Positions 38,801 to 51,110 of a DNA stretch of 64,000 bases are shown in pieces. Position numbers and translations under genes: made by a program. The notes under the pieces are model-generated. The model searched no databases and was not told the DNA's origin. It saw nothing but the letters and a program-made list of their open reading frames with translations. The stretch's first letter is position 1. The number at the start of each line of letters is the position of its first letter. Source of the DNA: Cyanophora paradoxa CCMP329 (lineage: Eukaryota > Plantae > Glaucophyta); NCBI GenBank assembly GCA_004431415.1, contig QPMI01000099.1:227591-291590 (forward strand), given 5' to 3'.

Positions 38801-39790
38801 CATCAGCGTCGGGCTCGTGCCATCATACAGCGGCAGCTTCAATTTGAGCTGTAGGGCGCTCGTGCGGGCGTCGTCAGGCTTGCCGTCGGCGTGGACTTCA
38901 GCCGCCGTGGTGACGGTGCCTGCAGGTGCGCAACTGCAGCTAGCGGCTAGCCCTACAGGCTTAAGCTTTAGAATTGATATGCGATTATTGTTTTTCGTCT
39001 AACGTTTTCGTGCTTACTCACAGCCGCGCCATGGGCGCCGCTAGCGCTTGAAACGACCGTCGTGGTTTTGAACGCCGAGCAAGCAGCGGTGCGCGTCTCG
39101 TTCACACCAGGCCAAAGCGTTTCGGCGGTGGAAATGCAGTGCTCGGGCGCTGGCGGCCCATACGCGGTCAATGCGACGGTGATGGGCGCTGCGGCGTCTG
39201 GCGTGAACATCAGCGTCGGGCTCGTGCCATCATACAGCGGCAGCTTCAATTTGAGCTGTAGGGCGCTCGTGCGGGCGTCGACGGGTTTGCCGTCGGCGTG
39301 GACATCGGCCGCCGTGGTGGCAGTGCCGGCAGGTACTTAAATCAATTCTTCAGAGCCCTTCGTCGTCATAGATAGCCTAGTAGTCAGAGTCGGAGCAGCA
39401 GCATAATATTTTTCGCTCACGAAGGCTTTGTCTAACGTCTTACCCGACTGCGCAGCCGCCCCCTGGGCGCCGCGAACGTTTTCAGTATCGGTCACGAACG
39501 TTACCGGGATGCAAGCTTTCGCGATCGCCCGCGTGGCGTTCACGCCCGGCCAGAACGTGACGGCCGTGGAAGTGGAGTGCTCTGGACATGGCGGGCCATA
39601 CGCAGTCAGCTCGGCAACGACGGATGCTGCGGCTCCAGGCCTCAATCTTCGAATCGATCTTGCGCCATCGTACAACAGCAGCTCCAATTTGAGCTGCACG
39701 GCGCGCGTGCGGGCGTCGTCAGGTTTGGAATCGGTGGCAGTATATGCATTGGCATCAATATCACAGCCAAATGAGGTTCCTTCGGCCCTG
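32900..39790 (+). CDS. large spliced S8 subtilase (proteinase K-like) with I9-like prodomain and long C-terminal extension
   Basis: VRHVFRRAFLGFS (prodomain); VDIYVVDTGVLATHPELEGR (Asp, ~33960-34020); SHGTAVAAAAAG (His, ~34170); AAGND exon (~34599); FSNWG|SCVSLFAPG; GTSFAAGIAAGVAALY (Ser, ~34966). Gene ends approximate. Confidence 0.85.
33235..33470. repeat. poly-C/CT low-complexity tract in an intron
   Basis: Almost pure C/T runs. Confidence 0.9.
37830..39780 (+). repeat. five tandem ~100-aa exon modules (Fn3/Ig-like beta domain)
   Basis: Each reads AP.AP...N.T.A.VRVSFTPGQ.V..VE..CS....Y.V.AT...LSCRALVR.S.G..S.W...VV.VPA, with introns at the same position between modules. Confidence 0.75.
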
Positions 39791-39832
39791 CGCGCTTGAA
39801 ATAACGCTTGTCCTCAACAACAGCCTTGAGTC

Positions 39833-40803
39833 TTATTGCAAGGGGGGAAGGGGGCCCCCTTGCTTCCCGTTCCCTCGCTTCAGCCAAAAGTTTTCTATGA
39901 GGCCGTTTTCGAGGGCCAGCTTGCAACGAAATTGTCGGTTATTCGCGATCCGATTGGCTCGGTGAACCGGTCAGCTCTCGACTTTCGAGCGTCGAATTCG
40001 AGGGGAAAACGTGGTTTTCGAAGGGAAAACTAACTTCTCTCTAACTCCGGTCTTCGAATTCCTTGCGCGGTTCTGCATGGAACCAGTTCTCCCTAGCTGT
40101 CTCCTCTAGATTTCGGCTTCCTCGCAGTGCGTCGCGTACGCCTTGCTCTTCGTTGCGCGGTTCTGCATGGAACCACTTCTCTCTACCTGTCAACGTCTCC
40201 TCTAGATTTCCGCCTAGAAACTGCTTGCGTTGCTGCCTGCGCCGCTGCAGCTGATCGCAGCCGAGCACGCCCGGCCGGCCAGATCTAGACCGTACTCTCT
40301 TGCTGCGCTTATATCGAGCTTATATTGCAGAACCGCGTGTGCCGGCCGAGCACGCCGGCCGGGCCGGGCGCTCGGCGCTCTTGTTGCGATCGGCACCCGG
40401 ACAGCAGACTAGCTATAGTTCGTGTCCTGCGCACGACGTGGCGCTTGTCCGCTCATTCGGCACCCCGCGTGCGCCCTGTGTTGCGCCGCGTGCACGTGCG
40501 TGCGCCCCCGCCGCCTGCCACCCGGCCTGGGCACGTGCACTGCCTCCGGACGCGCCGCTGCACGCCGCTTTCCGGTCGACGTCGTTACGGATCCAGCTTC
40601 TGTTAGCTATCGTCGCTCCGAGCCTTGCCGGGCCAGAGGCCGCTCTGTGTCTATCTTTACTACGTATACTTCAACCTGCCGCGCGCGCTGGGCCGGGGTC
40701 GATCTACATCTGCCCCGTGCATGTTCGTGCCACTACTACTCTTTCATTAGATCCCGATCCCCCCCTTGCACCCCCGGCGCGCCAAACGCGGCGGGGCCCT
40801 AGT
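39833..40803 (+). mobile_element. second HINE-like element
   Basis: 5' TGCAAGGGGGG (39837) with inner IR CCCCCTTGC (39855); 3' CCCCCCCTTGCA (40759-40770); hairpin 40773-40795; CTAGT end. Confidence 0.65.
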
Positions 40804-41540
40804 ATATGTTGCAATTGCAGGATTTGAACGGAGGGTCAAAGTGCGACCTGGACGGCTACATGTCAATAAACGCCAAAATTACAACGAAGTACACGGTCCG
40901 CCCGCGCAGCTTAAGTTCTTTCTTTCGCAGCGTCGTTGACCGCTTGTTTTAATTACGAGGCTCTGTCTGCAGATTGCATGCCCGCCAAACGTGACCGTAG
41001 GGCGCACGGGGCCGACGCCCATCGACGTACCCGTCGGCGGCGTCGTGAAACGCCTGTGCGGCGCCCGAATGCCCGACTTGCGCTTCTTTATCGCGGGTCT
41101 GTTGGAGTCCAGCCGCCACCCGAGCGCGCCGCCGTCAGCACTGAGCAGCGAGCTCTGACACCGGTACCGCATGCGCAGGCAACTGGTCGGATCGGCGCAT
41201 AAACATCACGCAGGAGCCTCGAGAGGGGACATTCCTGCCCATGTCAGGGCAGGCCGCCGCGACGAGTCAGGAGTGGATCGACGCCGGTTTCGGGGGTCCC
41301 ACCCCCGACAGCCTTCAAGCCCGAGTCACCATCTTCAACCCGACTGACGCGGTAAATCGAGTCGGCTCTAAGCTTGGCTCGCTGCGAAACACATCGCGGA
41401 TGTCCCTCACTGTTCTTTCCCCGCGCCCTTCGGCAGGGCCCCGAGGGCAACTGCTCGTTCCGCCTGTTCGTAGGAGACGTCGACAGCGGTCCGCCGCTGT
41501 GCCCGGGGGCCTGCCCGCCGCCCTTGCTGGCACTGCCCAT

Positions 41541-44440
41541 CACTAGTAAAAAGGGGTCCGAACTGATCTAATTACGATCTAATTGCGGCCTAATATATTA
41601 GATCACAGTTCAGTCGGCCCGGCGATCTAATACGGATCGTATTGCAATTAGATCGGAGTTAGATCGGGGCTTGCGCCGCCTATAGCTGATAGCTGAGCCC
41701 TATAGCCTTATAGAGGCCCTAGAGGCCCTTTTAGCCTTTTAGGTCGAGCCCGCCGCGGCGCCCGGCCCCGCGCGCCGCCCCGGCCTCCCCTCCCTAAGCT
41801 CCCCTCGAGCGCCCCTCGAGCTCATGATCATGAACACACGCTCTTGATAATTAAACAAATTACGTATGTATGCACGTGACCCGTGCGCGTGGGCGAGAAG
41901 GCCGTTCTCAATGTGGCCACGAGGGCGTCCCTGGCGTCCCTAGGCGCCAGATCAATCCCTGGAATGCGGGGAAGCTAAAATACGCTTGAATGCGCATTGA
42001 AGAGACATTTAAGATTATGTATAAAGCTTAAGAGCAGCGCCGTGGGCTGGAGGGCGCGCACCAGAAAAGAGCCGAGCTTCGCTGTAGCTTCGCTTGGACA
42101 GCTCGCCTTCGAAATCTGGACAAGCAGAACTCGAGATCAGATGCAGAATGGTGCGATACGAAAGAGAGGGGGACCTGGGCGAGCTCGGCTACGTGGAGGT
42201 CGCGTAACTGGAGGAGCGGCGGAGGAGCCGCTCCCGCGCGGCAGTTTCGCGAGCACCTGAGGCGAGGATCACGGCGATGCGCAGCGATTAGGGCGGGGGC
42301 GCACGGGTGCGGCCGCGCGGCCATGAAACTGAGGCCGCGCGGCCGCGCTCGGGCGCGGCGTGGGCACGGGCGCGGCTCGCATGCAGCAGGCTCGACAGGA
42401 GAGCGGTTGTAGCGCGTTCCGCATGCTCGCTGCCGCCAGGCGCTCTCGAAGGTGCAAGGAATCCGCACGCCGCCTGCCGGCCTGCGCGGAATCGCGTCAG
42501 GTCGGGCTGAAAGCATGCATATGGCGTTCTTACATAAGTTCAAGATCCTTTTGATGTAGAGCGAGGAGCTGCGCCGAACCTGTTCCCGGATGAGTGACTT
42601 CTCCCGAGGTCGGCGTAGCTGGAGAGCGCAACGGGAGCTCGCGCGGACCGATCCAGCGCACCAAGCATCCCTCGTAGCTCTCGGTGCGCTGCTGTGCGCG
42701 AGCGGCCTGCTGCGATGCCGCACTTATCGGGGGGGTGTCTGTGGAGGAGGTTGCGGCGTCCGTGGCGCTTTCGACTCGTCATAGCTAGAGCCTCCAGTGC
42801 ATAGCTGCGCTCGCCGCTTGTCTTGCACACCTCTAGCTAGAAGCGAGGTCTTTCAGCTGGGGTACTAGTTTGACCGGGGTACAGAAGCCGCAAATATCGG
42901 AGCCCATGCAGCCCGCCTCTGCCTTGCGCTCGCCCGCGGGCGAGCGGAACATGCGCCACCGGTCTCTCTAGTCCTTTGTGCATCTCGTATGCGCGCAGGT
43001 CGGCACGGAGAGTCAGCCGTGAGCAGATTTGACGAGTCAGGTCCGTGGCCCGCCTCCCGCGAGCTGCTGGCCACTCAGCACACTCGTTGCTCATCAGAAA
43101 GCTCTAGGAAGCGGGCAGCTTCCACGCGTAGCCCCGAACGGCGTTGTCCGCAGCCCGGCTGGTCCGATCCGCGGAACGCGGCTTTACTCGTGCTCTCGGG
43201 CGCGCCGCTGTCGCTCTGTGGGCTATTCTTGCTTATCTTATCACGCAGGAGTGCCTTACAGGCCTGCGCTCTCGCTTCCGTGGTGATCCGCGACCGCACG
43301 ACCCGCTCTTCACACTTCCTGCAGCTGCAAGCTGCAGCACGGCGCGACTTCGCCTCGCGATCCTCGATGAAGGTACGCGCTCCTCCCGGCCGGCCGCTCG
43401 CCGGAGCCCGATCCGCGCCGGGGCCCGCTCGCCCTCTCTGACTCGCGGCCCAGATCTTTGCCTGCCTCGAGGCGCGCAGCCCCGCGCGACTTTGCCTCGC
43501 GATCCTCGATGAAGGTACTCGCTCCTCCCGGCCGGCCGCTCGCCGGAGCCCGATCCACGCCGGGGCCCGCTCGCCCTCTCTGACTCGCGGCCCCAGATTT
43601 TGCCTGCCTCGAGGCGTGCAGCCCCGCGCGACTTCGCCTCGCGATCCTCGATGAAGGTACGCGCTCCTCCCGGCCGGCCGCTCGCCGGCGCCCGATCCCC
43701 ACCGGGGCCCGCTCGCCCTCTCTGACTCGCGGCCCCAGATTTTGCCTGCCTCGAGGCGCGCAGCCCCGCGCGACTTCGCCTCGCGATCCTCGATGAAGGT
43801 ACGCGCTCCTCCCGGCCGGCCGCTCGCCGGCGCCCGATCCCCACCGGGGCCCGCTCGCCCTCTCTGACTCGCGGCCCCAGATTTTGCCTGCCTCGAGGCG
43901 CGCAGCCCCGCGCGACTTCGCCTCGCGATCCTCGATGAAGGTACGCGCTCCTCCCGGCCGGCCGCTCGCCGGAGCCCGATCCGCGCCGGGGCCCGCTCGC
44001 CCTCTCTGACTCGCGGCCCCAGATCTCGCATGCTTGGCGGGCCTGGCGGCGGCGCGGGCGACTTGCGGCGCAAGCTCAGCAATACGAAGTTCGATGTGGA
44101 TGCGCATTGGCCGCCGCCGCCATATCTTTCTCCCTCCAGCTCTCCTTCCCTTCCCCTCTCTGCTTCCCTGCTGCCTAGATAGCTGTATAATGCGAGTGAT
44201 CTGATTGCTACATGTACACGGCAGCGCAAGGGTGGAGCGGCGGGGGGCGGGCGGGGGCGGCGGGGGCCCGCGGTCGGCGGCCCCGGATCTAACTGCGACC
44301 TAATTGAGACCTAATTGCAGTTAGATCGCAATTTGGTCCTTACGCCCATTTTTAGGTCGCAATTAGATCGGGGGCCGATCTAATATATTAGGTCTCAGTT
44401 AGGTCGTAATTAGATCAGTTCGGACCCCTTTTTACTAGTG
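41541..44440. mobile_element. non-autonomous CACTA (En/Spm) transposon
   Basis: TIR CACTAGTAAAAAGGGGTCCGAACTGATCTAATTACGA and its complement; CAT TSD at 41538-41540 and 44441-44443; subterminal CTAAT/TAGATC repeats; no transposase seen. Confidence 0.95.
43340..44025. repeat. ~142-bp tandem repeat x~5 inside the CACTA element
   Basis: CCTCGCGATCCTCGATGAAGGTAC recurs every ~142 bp. Confidence 0.95.
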
Positions 44441-45419
44441 CATCGATCCCGCGGCGTGCTCCGTGGAGCTGCCGGACCTGAAGCGAAACATGACGCTGCG
44501 CCCGCCGGAGATGGACTGCATCCCGCCGCGCCCGCTCAACGTCAGCAGCAGCGATTTCGAGGTCGTCGGTGCCGACGGCGCGCCGCTGCAGACGGCGGCG
44601 GGCGAGAGGTGGGACATCAGCGGCCCGCCGCCACACGTGAGGGAGGCCCGCATTCGCCACCGGGGTTTCCCTCGAGGGCCCTCTTGCTTCGTCCGCATCG
44701 CGGTGCGAGCGCGAGGCCCGCGCGCGTCGTACTCTCGAGCCGTGGATCCGGCCTGCACCTAACATGCGGGCGCATGCGGGCGCGTGCAGGCCTACATTCC
44801 GATCGGCCAGGCCGTCTCGTGGGACGTGCTCGTTGACGGCAACGACGGCGCGCTCAACAGCTCAGCGATCGCCGCCCTCGGGGCCGACCCGCCAGTCGCC
44901 CAGTGGGCCCGCCAGCTCCGAGCCACGTGCGCTCGACACAGCGCTTTGACATTGACATCGGCTTCCGTGCTCACACACACGCACGCCGCAGCGTCGTCGG
45001 CGTCTGCCCCGACATCGTCCAACACCTCTGCGAGCCCCGCGTGCGCGTCGTGACGAACCCGAAGCTGGGGCCGCTGGCGACCGACGTGGGCCCCGCCGGC
45101 AACTTCTCCTTCGCGCCCGAAAAGCCGGCGTGGGCCTTCCGCATGGCCGGCGCCCCTCTCATCACCGCCGAATTCAGCCGGGAGGTCCCCGACACCTACC
45201 TCGCCAACGCCGCGTGCGCCCCAGCTCGGAACTGGGCCGGGTCGTCCCTCCTCCGTCATTAGACTTGTTCCGCGCCGCAGCATCCTAATAAGATTTTATA
45301 TGAAGATTTGGTCCTCCTCCGTACCTCTCAATTAGACTTGCTCCGCGCCGCAGCATCGCGCCCGGCGAGGTCCTGCGCACCTACTTCGTCAGCCTCAGAT
45401 GTGCGTTTGCCGCGTCCAA

Positions 45420-45700
45420 GCCGTAACTATATAAAGCTTCAGCTAGCTATAGGCCCAGCAGCGCGCCCGTGGCGTGCATGTGCCGCCTCGCCTCACCCCG
45501 CTCGCCCCCACGCTGTGGCAGTGCCTCGCCCCCGTAATTATATAAAGCTTCAGCCCTCGCCTCACCCCGCTCGCCCCCGTAATTATATAAAGCTTCAGCC
45601 CTCGCCTCACCCCGCTCGCCCCCGTAATTATATAAAGCTTCAGCTAGGCCAAGTGCGCCCGTGGCGCCCCGCCTCGCCTCACCCCGCTCGCCCCCGCGCT
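45420..45700. repeat. 45-bp intronic minisatellite
   Basis: CGTAATTATATAAAGCTTCAGC at 45533, 45578 and 45623, with a variant at 45422. Confidence 0.85.
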
Positions 45701-46186
45701 GCGGCAGGCGCCTTCAACAAGGGGATCCCCGAGCCCGTCCGGGCCTTCACGGCCTCGCTCGCGCCCGTGCGCGTGGAGATCCGCAAGCCGCCAGAGGCCT
45801 AGGCGGTGGCCCGTGGATCCCCATCAGGCCGGGCTGAAGCTGTAGGTCTCTAGCTGCTAAGCTACGGGACGAATTCGAAGTTCGGAGACGAAGCGCCTTT
45901 TGGTTTTTAATTTTTAGTTTCTTTGATGCACCTTGGCTCGGCACCTCGCTCGGGGTTTGTGTTTCTATGATACTAGGACACGATATTCGCACTCGGTGCC
46001 CTGCGTTTCCAATATTTCGGTTTTCGAGCCCTCGGTCCCGCCCATACATGGGAGGGGTCGGTCTCCCGTACCCCGTCCCAGACCCTCCCCCCGCCTCGAG
46101 CATCACGTACGGGAGTGCCCCACCCGTAGAATTCATTTTCAAGCGGGGATTGGGAGGTTTTGGGGGTCAAGGGCCGGGGCTCATGA

Positions 46187-47053
46187 TCACCCCGACGCCA
46201 CCGCCTCGACCTTGTCCTCGCGACGGATGCGCCTCCGGAGCTGTATATCTTTGGGCTGGATCGTCACGCTGCGGCGTAGGCGCGCGTCTAGCGCGTCAGG
46301 TCGGGCATCGGGCACGCGATCGCGGGACATTCAACTTATAATATTAATTAGGGTATCAATGATGATTATTTGGGCGCACCGCTTTGCATGAATGGCCATC
46401 AAATTGCCGTCCTCAAAGGTCTCGATCGCGTGCCTGCGCGCGGGGGGCCGGGGTGGGATGCATATGATTACGTTAATTAGATGTGGGAATTTAGTATGAT
46501 CATGAGACTTACGCCTCGGCGGCCTCACGCAGGGCGAGAATCGAGTCCTTTGACCAGCGGATCCCAAACGGGACGTTGGACTCGCCCGTGTTGCGCCGTT
46601 CCTTGAGTTGATCGTCCGTGATCTCCTTGACGAGTCGCAGAAACGGACCGAGCGCGATGATAGGCTGCGTCGACTGCGTTATATGTACATGTTAGTATAT
46701 CAATATCTATACCATAGTATCATGTACGTTTCCGCATACGTAACTTAGTAAGGAAATTGAATGATTATATATAACGTACCTTTTGCCACTTGCGAATTTC
46801 CCTGAGAGCCACCGTGCCCTGAATTTCGAAATCATAGTCGCCGATTCACCAACTCAATGAGTAAGCTTAAGCTTTAAGCTTACTATTAAGAAACGTGTAC
46901 CGGGCGATAGCGATGAGGTTTCTTCACCCCACCGGCCGCGGGAGCGTTCTTTCTCGCGCTCTTGGACGACGACTTCAGAGAGGCGAAGCGCTTGCGCGGG
47001 GCCTTGTGTCCGGTCCCCTTCTTAGACCCTTGCGCGTGTTTCGTGCGCGCCAT
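46187..47053 (-). CDS. divergent histone H3 variant, 5 exons, 162 aa
   Basis: Exons 47053-46901, 46818-46780, 46673-46513, 46433-46380 and 46268-46187, all introns GT-AG and in phase: [162 protein letters not shown]. Confidence 0.93.
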
Positions 47054-47315
47054 CCGGGTCCGATCGTCCCGCGCGCGAGCGGCCTGCGAGAGTCGATCGC
47101 GTGGGCGTCTAGGGTGCGGCCCTCGTGGGGGGATCCGGAGGCCTAGGCCTAGAATTAGGGGCCGGGGGGTTCACGGGGGTACTCAGAGGCCCAGCGAGAT
47201 GCCGCTGCGCTCATCTCGCGAACAAACGATTTTCCGGATGTATTTGTGCATCCCGCGAGACCGAAGAGGGGGTACATGGGAATGTACATGCCTAGCTATA
47301 GGTTTAATAATATAA

Positions 47316-47651
47316 TTAGAACTCGTCGGCGAAGCGCTTCGGCGGGCCGACGAGGCGGAGGGGGGCGCGGGGCTTGAAGCCGGCCTTGATGCATTCCGCC
47401 GCGTAGACTTCGTAGGTAAAGCTGTTCAGCGCGTCGCACACGAGGGCGTCGAGCTCCGGATCGCTGGGGAGGCCGCACGCCGTAATGTCCTCGGGCGTCC
47501 AGAGCTTGGCAGAGGGGCGCGTCTCGGACGTGGGCTTGATCTCGACGGCGGGGTCCGTGCTCGAGCTCGTCGGCGTCGCGACTGCATCGCGATCGGCGAG
47601 GGGCGTCGCGCGCGACGGCGGGCTCGCGTCGGTGTACACGTTGGCGTCCAT
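47316..47651 (-). CDS. hypothetical 111-aa protein
   Basis: ATG-initiated ORF with protein-like composition, ending at an AT-rich tract. Confidence 0.5.
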   Translation of the reverse strand: MDANVYTDASPPSRATPLADRDAVATPTSSSTDPAVEIKPTSETRPSAKLWTPEDITACGLPSDPELDALVCDALNSFTYEVYAAECIKAGFKPRAPLRLVGPPKRFADEF

Positions 47652-47833
47652 GGTGGCTGGAATTCAACGATCGCGAGGAGATTTAGAGAAAGAGGAATGG
47701 TGGTCCGGGCCTTCCCTGCGGGTCCCGCCCGCGCAGAATCCCTCGCGGATTCGAGCGAAAGCAGCAATTTCACTATCTTGTATTCAGACGAAACCAGGCT
47801 CGAGCGCACGGATACACGAATCGAGGATGCAGC

Positions 47834-49700
47834 TCACGCGGCCTCGGCGTGATCGTTGGGGGCCGACGTCGACCCGCCGCCGCCGCCATCCGAGCTCGAG
47901 CTCGCGCCGTCCGCCTTGAGCCGAAACACCGCCGCCGGCATCCGAACCAGGGCCGCCCCGTTCTCGCCCTTGTACGAGGCGACGCGCTCCTGGAGCCGCT
48001 GCTCGAGCGCGGCGACGGCCTCGGCGGGGGCCCGCTGGAGGAGCGGGAGGTAGGCGATAAAGTCGTGCGGGCTGACGCCATCGCCGACGACGCGCGCAAG
48101 GCCGGGGAGCCGCTGCAGGACGCGTGCGCAGGAGCAGAGGTCGGCGTAGACCTTGGCGCACGCCGCCCGGTCCTCGAGGCGCAGGCCGCACGCCTCGAGG
48201 ATCGGCGAGTACTTTGGCTCCACGCTGTCCTTGCGGAAGAGGCCCCAGCTCCTCGGGTTCCGCCCGTTGGCCTCCCGGAAGCGCTCGAACGCGCCGAGGA
48301 TGCCGGAGCTGACGAGGAGGAGGCACCGGATCCGCTCGCGACCCGCGTGCTGCGCGCGGGCGTAGAGGGCCCGCCGGGCGCCGGCGTCGGCGTCGAGCTG
48401 GATCCCCACCAGGGCCGCGTCGACCTGCGGGCGGGGCGGGCATGAGGTGAGGCCGGGGGGAGGGGTCGAGATGGAGGGCGTACCCCCCGCCGGAGGCCGC
48501 GCTCGAGCTCGGCGAGGGCCGCCGCGCCCTCGTCCTCCTCCTGGGCGGGCGCACCCTCCTCCCCCGGCCCCTCGTCGCCCCCGCCCCGCTCCGAGCCCGA
48601 GTCGGACGAGGAGGAGAGCTCCTCCATCGCCCCCTCGAACGCCGCCCGCCGCTCCTCCTCCCACGTCTCCATCGGGTCCGCCTCGCCCTGCGCGCCGGGC
48701 GCGCCCTCCTCGGAGCCGGCGTCGGCGTCGTCGTCGTCGTCGTACTCGGAGAGCCTGCACGTGTACGCCTGGTAGAGGAGCTTGGCGAGCTTCTCGCTCT
48801 CCCACGGCGGCCGCCGCTCGGCCGGCTGCCGCCGCGCCCGCTTGGCGAGGGCCCCGGGCCCGCGGCGGCGGCGCCCTTGCTGGCGTCTCCGTCCTCGAGC
48901 TCGTCCTCTTGCTCGCGCTCGGCGGCGGCGGAGGCCGCGCGGCGGGGGCGACGCGCCGCGGCGGGCGGCGCGGCGGCTCCGGATCCGATTCCGCAGAGGC
49001 CGCCGCGGCGGGGGTGGGCTCCGGGGGGCCGGAGCCGCCCTGGGAATCTCAGCGGGCGCCGGCGCCGAGGAGGACGAGGCCCCCGCGCCGTCGCAGAGGG
49101 CGAGGGCGGGGCGCGCCTCCGGGGCCGACGGGCGCGCCGCCGACGGGCGGTTCGCGAGGTAGACGGCGTGCTGGGCGGCCTGGGAGACGCTCGCCGCGCC
49201 GGCCCAGGACTCGGGGCGCTCGGCCTCGTGGACAAAGGCGCGGTAGGCAAGGTAGCCGTCGACGCGCGACGAGGGGACGAGGGCGGCGAGCGTGGGGTGC
49301 GGCTCGCGGCACGCCCCCTGCGCCATGGGCACTCGACCTCGCCCTCGGCGTCTCCGGCGGCGTCGGCGCAGCGAAGGCCTGCGCGCGCGGCGACGGGGTG
49401 AGCGGGCGGTCAGGGGGGGTAAGGCGGGGTACCGGTACCTTGGGGACGCAGGCGAGGCACGCGAGGCCGTGGTGTCCGATGAGGCGGCCCGCCCGCTCGT
49501 CGTTGAGGTCGATCGCGCGGTCGAGGTCGCCGCCGCCGGCGAGCTCGACGATGCTCGCCGCGAGGCACGCCGGGACGTAGGCCGGAGGGTGGAGCCGCTG
49601 CGAGCGGCAGACGGAGCATTGTGGGCGTAGGTCGAGTTCGAGCCACGCCGAGATGTACTTGGGCCGCGAGACCCGCGCGCCGCGCGTATCCAGCGGCGGG
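47834..49700 (-). CDS. spliced hypothetical protein with N-terminal RING-like Cys/His cluster and acidic linker (frameshifted)
   Basis: CSVC...PAC...HHGLACLAC in 49049..49879; helical C-terminal part in 47834..48425. Confidence 0.45.
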
Positions 49701-49895
49701 GCGGCGCCGGCGGACCCCGCGGCGGGCTCGGCCCGCTCCTTACCCTTAGCTCCCGTACCCATGCAGGCCCGGACGCGATCGCCGCTCGTCCACGAGTGGC
49801 CCCCGCGGGCCGCGGGACGCTCTCCTTTACGAATCGCAGCGGGCCGGCGGACAAGGCGGAGGCCCGAGGCGGGGAGCAAACGCAGGAGAGGTGCG

Positions 49896-50547
49896 CCTAC
49901 CCCCGCCGCCCGTCACGGAGCCAAGTCAGTTCCCTCTAGGGCGGCGCCGGCGGCGGGCGAGGGACTTACCTCGCGCCGCCGGGGGTACGAAGGAAAGCGA
50001 TGCGGGCCTACCCCCGCCGCCCGTCACGGAGCCGAGTCAGTTCCCTCTAGGGCGGCGCCGGCGGCGGGCGAAGAGCTCACCGCGCCGCCGGGGGTACGAA
50101 GGAAAGAGACACGGGCCTACCCCCGCCGCCCGTCACGGAGCCGAGTCAGTTCCCTCTAGCGCGGCGCCGGCGGGGGGCGAAGAGCTCACCGCGCCGCCGG
50201 GGGAACGAAGGAAACAGACACGGGCCTACCCCCGCCGCCCGTCACGGAGCCGAGTCAGTTCCCTCTAGCGCGGCGCCGGCGGGGGGCGAAGAGCTCACCG
50301 CGCCGCCGGGGGAACGAAGGAAACAGACACGGGCCTACCCCCGCCGCCCGTCACGGAGCCGAGTCAGTTCCCTCTAGGGCGGCGCCGGCGGCGGGCGAAG
50401 AGCTTACCGCGCCGCCGGGGGTACGAAGGAAAGCGATGCGGGCCTACCCCTGCCGCCCGTCACGGAGCCGAGTCAGTTCCCTCTAGGAGGGCGCCGGCGT
50501 CGGGCGAGGGGCGTGTACCGCGCCGCGGGGGGTACGAAGGAAAGAGA
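49896..50547. repeat. ~109-bp tandem repeat x6 (more copies at 51910-52130, one inverted at ~53975-54050)
   Basis: CCTACCCC.GCCGCCCGTCACGGAGCC at 49896, 50007, 50116, 50225, 50334 and 50443. Confidence 0.95.
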
Positions 50548-50888
50548 TGCTGGTGGAGGGAGAGGACCGGCCGCGTCCTAGGGAGAATCGCCGCCGCTCC
50601 GTGACGGCCGAGGGGGGTACGGACGGCGCCACGGCCGCCCCGCCCTAGACGAACGCGCCGCCGCTCCGTGACGGCCTTCAAAGGCCGCCGCAGCAGACTT
50701 CGTGACGTGAGCGGCTCTCGGCGACCCATAGGGCGGCGGAAATACGACGCGTGCGCGTCCCGCGCGCGCCTTCCGTGCCGCCGCGCGAGCCGTGCGGGCG
50801 GGACTCCGGGACTCGAGCGGCGCCCCGCGCCCTCTGCCCGATAAAAGGGCGGTACCCCAGCGCCGGTCACGTGCACGCATCCGCTCCC

Positions 50889-51110
50889 ATGTCGCAGGAG
50901 ACGGCCCGGACGCTCGCCCACCGCCTCGCCCGCGAGCTCCCCCGGCAAGCTCCGATCCTCGTCGCCGTCCCCGACCCCGCCTTTTTCTTGCACGCGATCC
51001 ACCTTCTCGAGGCCAACACCAGAGACCTGTTCGCGGACTTTAAAATAAGCTACAAAGCGACTTTGGACGGGCGCTGGGCGTACAGATGGTCCCGCTCGAT
51101 TTTTAGATAG
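50889..51110 (+). CDS. hypothetical 73-aa protein
   Basis: MSQETARTLAHRLARELP...RWSRSIFR*, preceded by GATAAAAG. Confidence 0.4.
   Translation: MSQETARTLAHRLARELPRQAPILVAVPDPAFFLHAIHLLEANTRDLFADFKISYKATLDGRWAYRWSRSIFR

Larger units (their letters stand above)
40970..45802 (+). pseudogene. spliced extracellular-type gene (possibly the continuation of the subtilase gene), exon disrupted by the CACTA element
   Basis: Removing 41541-44440 and one CAT restores ...PPPLLALPIDPAACSVELPDLK...; last exon AFNKGIPEPVRAF...PPEA*. Confidence 0.55.
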
